A stretch of DNA of 64,000 nucleotides from Chloroflexota bacterium (GCA_016234445.1 JACRBT010000008.1:9109-73108); one strand, 5' to 3'; shown: positions 36,174-46,500, counted from the stretch's first letter. Notes: generated by a model from the letters alone, not told the origin. Translations and numbers: made by a program.

Positions 36174-36228
36174 CTGAGTCCCCAGTCCCCAGTCCCAAGT
36201 CCTAAACCCTAAGTCCCAAGTCCTCGCC
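36174..36228. repeat. Tandem heptanucleotide (STRR-like) array, CCCAGTC/CCAAGTC type
   Basis: CTGAGTC CCCAGTC CCCAGTC CCAAGTC CTAAACC CTAAGTC CCAAGTC, abutting the dnaK stop codon (36229-36231). Confidence 0.85.
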
Positions 36229-38121
<1,893 letters not shown>

Positions 38122-38134
38122 GTGTTTCCTCCGG

Positions 38135-38305
38135 GAGCTATTAGCTCTTAGCTACTAGCCGTTAGTGTTTTGGAAGCTGTTAGCTGTTGGCTGTTAGCTC
38201 TTAGTGTTTTTGAAGCTGTTAGCCGTTAGCTATTAGTGCGCTCCGTTCGTCAGCCTGCGATTCATCTCACTCCACGTACTACTAATAGCTAACAGCTAAT
38301 AGCTA
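38135..38305. repeat. Heptamer (TTAGCTN/GCTGTTA) arrays in both orientations forming a long inverted repeat in the grpE-dnaK spacer
   Basis: The left arm 38214-38237 (agctgttagccgttagctattagt) pairs with 38281-38304 (actaatagctaacagctaatagct) at 22 of 24 positions. The loop is 43 nt. Confidence 0.8.
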
Positions 38306-38827
38306 TCAGCTGCCTCCCACGATTACCATCGCCGGACGGATGACCCGGTCGCCCACCATGTAGCCCTTCTGGGCCACGTAGAGGACCTTGCCTTCTTCGC
38401 CCGGCTGCTTGCCGACCGCTTCGTGGCGCGCCGGGTCGAAGGTCTCGCCCTCGGCCGGCACTTCCTTCACCTGCATCGACTCCAGCAGCTGGGCGAACTT
38501 GCGGTGGATGGCCACCACGCCCTGCACCCAGTTCAGCCCCGCCAGGTTCGCGTCGACCGTCGAAACCGCCCGGTCGAGGTCGTCGAACACGGGCAGGAGG
38601 TTGATGACGAGGGCCGCGTTGTAGAGCCGCGCCGTCTCCGAACGCTCCTGCTCCACCCGCCGCTTGAAGTTGATGAAGTCGGCCGTCGCGCGCTGCCAGT
38701 TCTTGTAGTACGTCTCCGCGAGTTCCTCCGCCGTCGGCTGCGGGTTGTCGGCCACGGGCTCTTCGCCGCCGCGCGGTTCCGCCGCCGAAGGTTCGTCCAC
38801 CGTGCTTTCGTCCTGGTTGCCTGCCAT
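38306..38827 (-). CDS. grpE: Nucleotide exchange factor GrpE
   Basis: YKNWQRATADFINFKRRVEQE and FDPARHEAV. ATG 38827; the longest ORF runs to 38842. Confidence 0.9.
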   Translation of the reverse strand: MAGNQDESTVDEPSAAEPRGGEEPVADNPQPTAEELAETYYKNWQRATADFINFKRRVEQERSETARLYNAALVINLLPVFDDLDRAVSTVDANLAGLNWVQGVVAIHRKFAQLLESMQVKEVPAEGETFDPARHEAVGKQPGEEGKVLYVAQKGYMVGDRVIRPAMVIVGGS

Positions 38828-38843
38828 GTGCCCTCCGCCCAAC

Positions 38844-39875
38844 TCAGTCTTCGCCGTAGTACTTGCGCATCAGTTCGGTCAGCACGTCCGCGACGTAGCG
38901 AACGTGGGCGACGCTTTCGCCGTAGGCCATCCGCGTCGGGCCAAGGACCCCGAGCACGCCGCCGGCGCCGCCCGGGGGGCCGTAGCGCGCCAGCACGAAG
39001 CTCATGTCCTGGTAGGGGCCGGCCTGGTTTTCGTCGCCGATGACGATCGCCACGTCGCCCGCGTCGACCGAGCCCGAGGGTATCGCCCCCCGGAGGCGAC
39101 GTTCGTCGACCGCTTCGAGCGTGTCGAGCATGCGGTCGCTGTCGCCGAACTCCGGCTGGCGGAGCATGTCGCGCACGCCTTCGACCACCGGCGCCTCGGA
39201 CACGATCGCCTGTTCGTGGAGCAGCATCTCGGCCACGGCCGCGACCACGATGGACTCGACCGCGCCGAGCGGTTCGGCCACCGTCTTCTGGCCCATCTCG
39301 GCCGCCATCTTCCCGCCGAACCCCGCGTTCAGACGCGAAGCCAGCCGCGTCAGCGCCTCCTGGTTCACCGGTGACGGGAACTCCAGCGTCTGCTGGTGGA
39401 CCGCCGTGTCGTTCGTCACCACCACGAGCAGCGCCCGGTTTTCGGCTAGTTCGACCAGTTGGAGCTGCTTCAGCCGGACTTCCCGGACCCGCGGCTGGGT
39501 GACCAGCGCCACGTTGTGGAGCGAATTCGCGAGCACGCTCGCCGCCAGCCCGACCCATTCCTCCAGTTGCCGCGCGCTCTGGTGGAACTGGTGGAGGATG
39601 GTCATCTGTTCGGTGCGGGAAAGGTCGCGTTCGGGCATGAGCGACGAGACGTAGTAGCGGTAGCCGCGGTGGCTGGGGATGCGACCGGCCGACGTGTGGG
39701 GGTGGGTGACCATCCCTTCGTCTTCGAGCGCCGCCATCTCGTTGCGGACGGTGGCGGGCGAAAGGCCGAGGGCATGCCGCGCCACGAGCGCCTGCGACCC
39801 GACTGGGGAGGCGCTATCGACGTAGTCGTCGACGATGAAGGCGAGGATGCGCGCGCGGCGCTCTGACAACGTCAT
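38844..39875 (-). CDS. hrcA: Heat-inducible transcription repressor HrcA
   Basis: LSERRARILAFIVDDYVDSASPVGSQALV and SPATVRNEMAALEDEG. ATG 39875; the track starts at TTG 39881. Confidence 0.9.
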   Translation of the reverse strand: MTLSERRARILAFIVDDYVDSASPVGSQALVARHALGLSPATVRNEMAALEDEGMVTHPHTSAGRIPSHRGYRYYVSSLMPERDLSRTEQMTILHQFHQSARQLEEWVGLAASVLANSLHNVALVTQPRVREVRLKQLQLVELAENRALLVVVTNDTAVHQQTLEFPSPVNQEALTRLASRLNAGFGGKMAAEMGQKTVAEPLGAVESIVVAAVAEMLLHEQAIVSEAPVVEGVRDMLRQPEFGDSDRMLDTLEAVDERRLRGAIPSGSVDAGDVAIVIGDENQAGPYQDMSFVLARYGPPGGAGGVLGVLGPTRMAYGESVAHVRYVADVLTELMRKYYGED

Positions 39876-39896
39876 TATCAACCCTGCAGGCCCACT

Positions 39897-39923
39897 CTAG
39901 CACTCCCCCATGGAGAGTGCCAG
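39897..39923 (-). promoter_or_regulatory. CIRCE operator (HrcA binding site) upstream of hrcA
   Basis: The minus strand reads CTGGCACTC-N9-GAGTGCTAG, against the consensus TTAGCACTC-N9-GAGTGCTAA. Confidence 0.8.
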
Positions 39924-40008
39924 CCGACCCCCTGCCACGATCGTAGGCGGCGGGCGAGAGGGGGTCAATGGGGGTTGGCAGCGAGGTCCCTCGGCGGGTC
40001 GCCGTTCG

Positions 40009-40512
40009 TCAGACCCAAGCCACGGCGAGAAGTGCGGTGTTGATCACCGCTAGCGCCACCGATGCCCAGAACATCGGCCTGACGGTAGCGGCGGGGATGA
40101 CCCCCCAGGTCCAAGCGCCATTGTAGTCTCCAGGACGCAGTCTTAAAGGCACATAAAAAATCCAGAAGACCACAGCGATCGTCAAGGCACCGACGAGCGC
40201 GAACGAGCCAACCAAGTGATCGAAGACCGACCGGTCTCCGGCTATCGGGGCCAGTGAAGCAACCACAGTAAGTAGCGGCCCAATGACGATAGCCGAGACG
40301 TCTGAACTGAATCTCGCAAATGCAACTACATCAGCTACGTAGTTCGGGCGATCCGCCACACGAATACTATTCCAGTAAGTCGGTGGGCCAGATCCTACAC
40401 GACTGGGTATTAGGTGAGAGCCCAGCCAGACCTGCGCCAACCCCTGAAGCAAGAACGGCACCACAATTGCGACGAGGGACGCCGCCACACCGTATGCCCT
40501 AAGTTCGCTCAA
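40009..40512 (-). CDS. Hypothetical small polytopic membrane protein (cassette gene 3)
   Basis: 167 aa with 4-5 hydrophobic helices. Its start overlaps the stop of the upstream gene by 4 nt. Low-GC codon usage. Confidence 0.55.
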   Translation of the reverse strand: MSELRAYGVAASLVAIVVPFLLQGLAQVWLGSHLIPSRVGSGPPTYWNSIRVADRPNYVADVVAFARFSSDVSAIVIGPLLTVVASLAPIAGDRSVFDHLVGSFALVGALTIAVVFWIFYVPLRLRPGDYNGAWTWGVIPAATVRPMFWASVALAVINTALLAVAWV

Positions 40513-40907
40513 CTGATGACGGCCCCCACGGTGTAAGAATCTTGGAATTGGCGCGACCTACCTGGCAACCTACGCCCCTTCGAGGTATATCTTGGCATTC
40601 CATAGAACTCAAATGCAGTGATTACTGTCACCCCGACGCTCGGCGACGAGCCGATAACCGTCACGGCGAAGTCACAGCTACCCCATTGGCCGGGACTGAT
40701 CTCGTCCGTCCTGCAAGGTGGCTCGAAGGCCAGAACGCTAGGACGACTTGACACACCGATCTCTATCGTCACCCGGTGAGACCGATGACTTTGATAACGC
40801 ACTTCGTGCTTCCGACCACTATCCCTAACTGTCATCGGTAGCGGCTGTGCTGGGTTCAAATGCAGCTCGTAGTCGAACTCTTCCTGCTTACCTTGCTTGC
40901 TAACCAC
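40509..40907 (-). CDS. Hypothetical protein (cassette gene 2)
   Basis: 132 aa with a beta-rich-looking sequence and no recognisable motif. There is a 14-nt gap to the upstream gene. Confidence 0.5.
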   Translation of the reverse strand: MVSKQGKQEEFDYELHLNPAQPLPMTVRDSGRKHEVRYQSHRSHRVTIEIGVSSRPSVLAFEPPCRTDEISPGQWGSCDFAVTVIGSSPSVGVTVITAFEFYGMPRYTSKGRRLPGRSRQFQDSYTVGAVIS

Positions 40908-40921
40908 TGGCCCCTCTCGCG

Positions 40922-41812
40922 CTAGCTAAGGATGGCGGCGTCGAACATCAGGCCAGCGGATGCCACGATTTCTGGCACTGCCTCCGCTCGTTCTACAGAG
41001 ACGTAGCCGGTTCCATCGCTGAACATGGTCACTTCGCCCGCGTCGGGCGCGGTGACATGGGCCGCAACGACATCGCCTCTCGCGAACCCTGGGGCATGCT
41101 CCACGATGTCACCTGCAAACTCGACCCATTGCCGCCTCCCTGCGCCCTCGGACTCGAAGAAAGCCGTGAGGCTATCATTTCGAACCTCCAAGGCCCATGG
41201 AACAAGGTTCGGGCCATAGCCCGCGCCCAGCCTTCTGGAGGCTGACAGCCGAGCTTCGACCGCCCTGGCAAAGGCGACCGGGTCTTGGAGCTCGCTGTCT
41301 GCCCATCCCATGGGCGAAGCATGCAGGGTCTTCCACGCGACGGCTTGAAAGCGAGATACGACTCTACGCGCCGGCGAAACGCAGCCGAGCAATAGACTAT
41401 CGTCAGCGAAGCGGCGTACGAACACCGCCGATTTAATCGTGGCGTCCGGCTTCGCCGCCACCCAGGGATTCACGGGGGGCTCGAGCGGATCGGTGATCTC
41501 GATGATACCGCCGGACGCCTTGGCGATCTCCGATTGGGGGAAGGCCTTCGCGGTTGCCTTCTGAACGTCCTCGAATGCCGTACGGGGGGGAATCCACGCA
41601 CAAGCAAATCGTAGCTCCGGGAGCCTTTCAGTCACTCTGGTGGCCCCGTTGGCTGCGCCGGCTGAACACGATATGCATCGCCGTCTACCCCGCTCCCACC
41701 CCAGGTGGGCTCTTGTGAATTCCGTCGCAATCTGACTTGGACGATGGCCAAGTATAATATCCGGCATCCCGCTGTCAACCACAAGCGCTCCGCGGCGCGG
41801 TTGACGGCGCAA
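40922..41812 (-). CDS. Hypothetical protein (cassette gene 1)
   Basis: 296 aa (alternative ATG 41767) with no recognisable motif. Low-GC region. Confidence 0.5.
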   Translation of the reverse strand: MRRQPRRGALVVDSGMPDIILGHRPSQIATEFTRAHLGWERGRRRCISCSAGAANGATRVTERLPELRFACAWIPPRTAFEDVQKATAKAFPQSEIAKASGGIIEITDPLEPPVNPWVAAKPDATIKSAVFVRRFADDSLLLGCVSPARRVVSRFQAVAWKTLHASPMGWADSELQDPVAFARAVEARLSASRRLGAGYGPNLVPWALEVRNDSLTAFFESEGAGRRQWVEFAGDIVEHAPGFARGDVVAAHVTAPDAGEVTMFSDGTGYVSVERAEAVPEIVASAGLMFDAAILS

Positions 41813-41891
41813 GATGCTCTTCTGTTATCTATCGGCGTTCGGCCCGCGCAAGCGTAGTGGGACCCGAGCCTGTCGAGGTATACTCCCGCCC

Positions 41892-42146
41892 ATGGCATCA
41901 GGACAAGCCCTCATCGACCTCTGCAAGCGGCACCTCGTCGAGACGATGCAGGCGCTTCCCGAGTGCGCTCCGGAAGGTCCCGGCCTCGGCCAGAAGGCGC
42001 TGGAGGAGGCAGCCGGTTTCGAGCTGAGTCTCCCCGAGTACGACGGTTACTTCACATGGTCGTTGCTCGTCGCGCTCACCATCGATGGCAAGGTCGAGGC
42101 GATCCAGCCCGGCAAGCGCAACAAGAAGTACCGGCTCGCCGGTTAG
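41892..42146 (+). CDS. Small hypothetical protein, possibly winged-helix
   Basis: ATG 41892 within ORF 41814..42146. 84 aa, divergent from the cassette. The C-terminus reads TWSLLVALTIDGKVEAIQPGKRNKKYRL. Confidence 0.45.
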   Translation: MASGQALIDLCKRHLVETMQALPECAPEGPGLGQKALEEAAGFELSLPEYDGYFTWSLLVALTIDGKVEAIQPGKRNKKYRLAG

Positions 42147-42156
42147 CCCCGCTTCG

Positions 42157-42191
42157 CCTCAGCCCTCAGTCCCCAGTCCTCGACCCTTCTC
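42157..42191. repeat. Tandem heptamers CCTCAGC/CCTCAGT/CCCCAGT
   Basis: cctcagc cctcagt ccccagt cctcgac ccttctc, starting 10 nt after the stop at 42146. Confidence 0.7.
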
Positions 42192-42219
42192 CTCCCAACT
42201 CCCGTACACTCGGGACACC

Positions 42220-42900
42220 GTGCCGACTCCTCCCCCCTCCCCCCCCGCTCCTCCCTCCATCGGCCTCCTCGGCGGCACCTTCGACCCGCCGCACATCGGC
42301 CACCTGGTGCTGGGGGAATGCGCGCGGGTGCAATTCGGCCTCGACAAGGTCATCTTCCTCCCCGCCGGCGACCCGTGGCGGAAGACAGGACTTAGGACTG
42401 AGGACTCAGGACTGAGGACTGAGATGCCTTCGCCGGCCGAGCACCGATTGGCGATGGTGCGGCTGGCGGTCGCCGGCAACCCCCACTTCGAAGTCGACGA
42501 CCGCGAGGTCCGCCGTCCCGGCCCCACCTACACCGTGGATACACTCGAGGAGTACCGAGTACCGAGTACCGAGTACCGAGTGGGGCCGGCGCTTGTCCTC
42601 ATCCTCGGGAGCGATGCGCTCGCCGACATGCCCAACTGGAAGGACCCCGACCGCATCCGCGCCCTCGCCACCCTCGCCGTCGCCCCCAAACCCGCCACCG
42701 CAGACGTGGACCCGGGACTCGGGACTCAGTACCCGGCACTCACCATCGACATGCCGCCGCTGGCCATCAGCTCGACCGTCATCCGCGCGCGCGTCGCCGC
42801 CGGCAAGCCCATCCGCTACCTCGTCCCCGAAGCGGTCGAAGCCTACATCCGCGAACACATGCTCTACGTGGGGGTGAAGCGCCAGCCGCCGGGGGTTTAG
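42220..42900 (+). CDS. nadD: Nicotinate-nucleotide adenylyltransferase, carrying three in-frame heptamer-repeat insertions
   Basis: IGLLGGTFDPPHIGH, FLPAGDPWRK, AEHRLAMVRLAV and ISSTVIRARVAAGK. A GTG 42220 start is proposed; the longest ORF begins at 42085. Confidence 0.85.
   Translation: MPTPPPSPPAPPSIGLLGGTFDPPHIGHLVLGECARVQFGLDKVIFLPAGDPWRKTGLRTEDSGLRTEMPSPAEHRLAMVRLAVAGNPHFEVDDREVRRPGPTYTVDTLEEYRVPSTEYRVGPALVLILGSDALADMPNWKDPDRIRALATLAVAPKPATADVDPGLGTQYPALTIDMPPLAISSTVIRARVAAGKPIRYLVPEAVEAYIREHMLYVGVKRQPPGV
42388..42422. repeat. Five tandem heptamers GGACT(T/G/C)A inside nadD
   Basis: ggactta ggactga ggactca ggactga ggactga, encoding GLRTEDSGLRTE. Confidence 0.85.
42550..42581. repeat. 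(GAGTACC)x4 plus a partial unit, inside nadD
   Basis: gagtacc x4 followed by gagt, encoding EYRVPSTEYRV. Confidence 0.85.
42714..42734. repeat. GGGACTC GGGACTC AGTACCC inside nadD
   Basis: Three heptamers (21 nt, 7 codons) encoding GLGTQYP. Confidence 0.7.
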
Positions 42901-42951
42901 CTGTTAGCTGTTAGCTGTTAGCTGTTAGCTGTTAGCTGTTAGCTGTTAGTT
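42895..42951. repeat. (GTTAGCT)n tandem heptamer array overlapping the nadD stop codon
   Basis: GTTTAGCT, then six perfect GTTAGCT units, then GTTAGTT. The nadD TAG (42898-42900) lies in the first unit. Confidence 0.9.
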
Positions 42952-42963
42952 GGGGACGGTCGC

Positions 42964-43230
42964 CTACGACCCCTTGTACACGTCCCCGCGTGGGCCGATC
43001 TCCGCGACATCCACGATTCGGACTTCGTCGTCCACGGAATAGAGGATTCGCAGCGAACCACACCGCGCTCGGCGCACACCATCCGTTCGGCCGTGCAGGG
43101 CAGGGAACTGCGGGGCGTAGGGGTCCTCGCAAATCTCAAGGATCTTCGCATGCACCAACCGGCGCCGCTTGGCATCGAGGCGGCCGAAGTAGCGCTCGGC
43201 TGCTCCGGAAACGCGGTAGCTGTAGTTCAA
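42964..43230 (-). CDS. RelE/ParE family type II toxin
   Basis: 88 aa with RARCGSLRILYSVDDEVRIVDVAEIGPRGDVY, typical of RelE/ParE. It overlaps the upstream antitoxin gene by 4 nt. Confidence 0.8.
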   Translation of the reverse strand: MNYSYRVSGAAERYFGRLDAKRRRLVHAKILEICEDPYAPQFPALHGRTDGVRRARCGSLRILYSVDDEVRIVDVAEIGPRGDVYKGS

Positions 43231-43439
43231 AGGTCGTACTTGCGCTCAAACTCTTCGCGCGTCACGAAGTCGCCGCGTTCCATCGCCGCCCTGGCCTCGA
43301 GGAGGCGCTCCTCCTCTTCGGAGGTCAGCGTGTCGTCGGCGCAAAGCCACTCCCACAGCGCCCGGAGCTCCTCCGGCGGCAGTTGCTCGATGTACTGGTG
43401 CAGGTCGGCCTTCAGCGAAGTGAGCTCGGCGGTGGTCAT
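43227..43439 (-). CDS. Putative antitoxin (addiction-module component)
   Basis: ATG 43439. 70 aa, helical and acidic (LKADLHQYIEQLPPEELRALWEWL...GDFVTREEFERKY). Translationally coupled to the toxin. Confidence 0.65.
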   Translation of the reverse strand: MTTAELTSLKADLHQYIEQLPPEELRALWEWLCADDTLTSEEEERLLEARAAMERGDFVTREEFERKYDL

Positions 43440-43576
43440 GCCCCCCAGTATACGCCAGCCCGATAGCCGGTGGCCGTCGGCCGACAGCCGATCGCCCCCG
43501 AGGGCTGTGCTACGATGGATCTCCACTTCCCCCGGGAGCCACTCCGTTCGCGTACGTACCGCTTCGCCATCCCTTC

Positions 43577-46500
43577 ATGGACCGCCTGCGGGAGCAGGTG
43601 TTGTTCGCTGCCGGGCCGATCGGCTCGAGCATCCTCGCCATGCGCCCGGGGCCGGACTACGGCGAGGTCGACGGCTGTAACGAATACCTCAACATCTCCG
43701 ACCCGGCGGCCCTCGAAGCCATCTTCCGCGGCTTCTACGCCGCCGGGGCCGACGCCGTCGATTCGGGTACGTTTGGGGCGAACGAAGTCGTCCTCGCCGA
43801 ATTCGGGCTCGCCGCCCGCACCCGCGAGCTCAACCGCGTCGCCGCGCAGCTTCTCGGGGCCGTCCGCGACGAGTTCAGCACCGCCGAGTGGCCCCGCTAC
43901 AGCTTCGGCACGATCGGCCCCGGCACCCGGCTTCCCACCCTCGGCCACGTCACCTGGGACGAACTCGTCCACAGCTACCGCGAACAGGCGCTCGGCCTCG
44001 TCGAAGGCGGGATCGACGTCCTCAAGGTCGAAACCTGCCAGGACCTCCTCCAGACGAAGGCCGCTCTCGCCGCGATCAGCGACGTCTTCGCCGAGACCGG
44101 CGCCCGCCTCCCCGTTATCGCCAGCGTCTCCGTCGAGACGAACGGCACCATGCTCCTCGGCTCCGACATCTCCAGCGCCCTGACCACCCTCGAAGCGATC
44201 GACATCGTCGACATCATCGGCCTCAACTGCTCCCTCGGGCCGGACCTGATGATGGAGCACGTCCGCTACCTCGGCGAACACTCGCGGCGGCCGGTGTTCG
44301 TCGGCCCGAACGCCGGGCTCCCGGAACTGGTCGACGGCGAGGCATGCTATCCCCTCAGCCCGGACGAATTCGCCCGCTACCAGTCGATCTTCGTGGACGA
44401 ATTCGGGATCAACGTCGTCGCCGGCTGCTGCGGCACCACCCCGGAGCACATGGCGGCCGCCATCAACGTGGTCGGCCGGCGCGCGCCGAAAGCCCGCCCA
44501 ACGAGCGGCTACGAACCGGGCTGCTCCTCGATCTATACGGCCGTCCCCTTCCGCCAGGAAACCTCCTTCCTCGTCGTCGGCGAACGCACGAACGCGACCG
44601 GCTCCCGCGCCTTCCGCGACCTCCTCCTCGCGGGCGACCTCGACGGCATGGTCGGCCTCGCCCGCGAACAGGCCGCCGAAGGGGCGCACGTCCTCGACGT
44701 CATGGTCGACTACGTCGGCCGCGACGGCGTCGCCGACATGGAGAAGGTGGCCGGCGCCTTCCGCACCCAGACGACCCTGCCTCTCATGTTCGACTCCACG
44801 GAGCCGCCGGTCATCGAAACCGCGCTCAAGCTCTACGGCGGCAAGGCGATCGTCAACTCCATCAACCTCGAAGACGGCGAGCGCAAGATCACCCGCGTCC
44901 TACCGCTGTTGAAGCGCTACGGGGCCGCCGCCGTCGCCCTCACCATCGACGAAGAGGGTCAGGCCCGGACCACCGAGTGGAAGCTCCGCGTTGCCCACCG
45001 CATCCACGACATCGCCGTGAACCGGTACGGCCTCGAACCTTCCGACCTCCTCTTCGACATGCTCACCTTCCCCCTCTCCGGCGGCCAGGAAGACCTTCGC
45101 GGCGACGCGATCGAGACCCTCAACGCCATCCGCCAGGTCAAGGCCGAACTCCCGGGGGTGAACACCATCCTCGGCGTCTCGAACTGCTCATTCGGGCTGA
45201 AGCCGGCCGCCCGGCGGGTGCTCAACTCCGTCTTCCTCCACGAGGCGATCGACCACGGCCTCGACGCCGCGATCATCAACGCCCGCCAGATCCTGCCCCT
45301 GAACCGCATCCCCGAACCCCAGCTTCTCGCCGCCCGCGACCTCATCTACGACCGCCGCCGGCCCGACTACGACCCCCTCCACCACTTCATCGGCCTCTTC
45401 GAAGGCGCCGAAGTCGAGAAGACCTCGAAGCCCGACCGCGCCAGCCTTCCGGTCGAGGAGCGCCTCAAGCAGCGGATCATCGACGGCGATCGCAAGGGCA
45501 TCGAAGCCGACCTCGACGAAGCCCTCTCCGGCCGCGGCGCCCTTGCCATCGTCAACGAGATCCTCCTCGACGGCATGCGCGTCGTGGGCGACCTCTTCGG
45601 CTCCGGGAAGATGCAGCTGCCGTTCGTCCTCCAGAGCGCCGAGACGATGAAGACCTCCGTCGCCTACCTCGAACCGCACATGGAGAAGGCCGAGGGCGCC
45701 GGCAAGGGCACGGTCGTGCTCGCCACCGTCCGCGGCGACGTCCATGACATCGGCAAGAACCTCGTCGACATCATCCTTTCGAACAACGGCTACACAGTGC
45801 ACAACATCGGGATCAAGCAGCCCATTGCCAACGTCATCGAAAAGGCGGCGGAGGTCGGGGCCGACGCGCTCGGGCTCAGCGGGCTGCTCGTCAAGAGCAC
45901 GGTCGTCATGCGCGAAGACCTCGAAGAGCTGAACGCCCGGGGGCTCGCGCGCTACCCGGTGCTCCTCGGCGGGGCCGCGCTCACGCGCAAGTACGTCGAA
46001 TCCGACCTCCGCGCGATCTACGACGGCAACGTCTTCTACTGCCAGGACGCGTTCGAGGGCCTTTCGACGATGGACCACGTGATGGCCGCCGTCCGCTCCG
46101 GCGAACCCCTGACGGCGCTCACGCGCGGCGCGAAGCCGGTCGAAGGCGGCGTTTACGACACCGTCCGGGCCACCGTCCCCGCTGCCGCGGCCCGCGCCGC
46201 CGAACGCGAGTACGTTCGCTCCGACGTCCGCCGCCTGGCCCCCGCCGAGATCCCGGTGCCGCCGTTCTGGGGCAGCCGCGTCGTCGCCGGCATCCCCCTG
46301 CGCGACGTCTTCCCGTGGGTGAACGAGACCGCCCTCTTCCGGGGCCAGTGGCAGTACCAGAAGGGCGAACGCAGCGACGGCGAATACGCCGCTTTCGTCG
46401 AAAACGAAGTGCGCCCCGTCTTCCGGCGCTGGCAGGACCGCGCCATCAAGGAGCAGCTCCTGGTGCCACAGGTGGCCTATGGCTACTTCCCCTGCATCGC

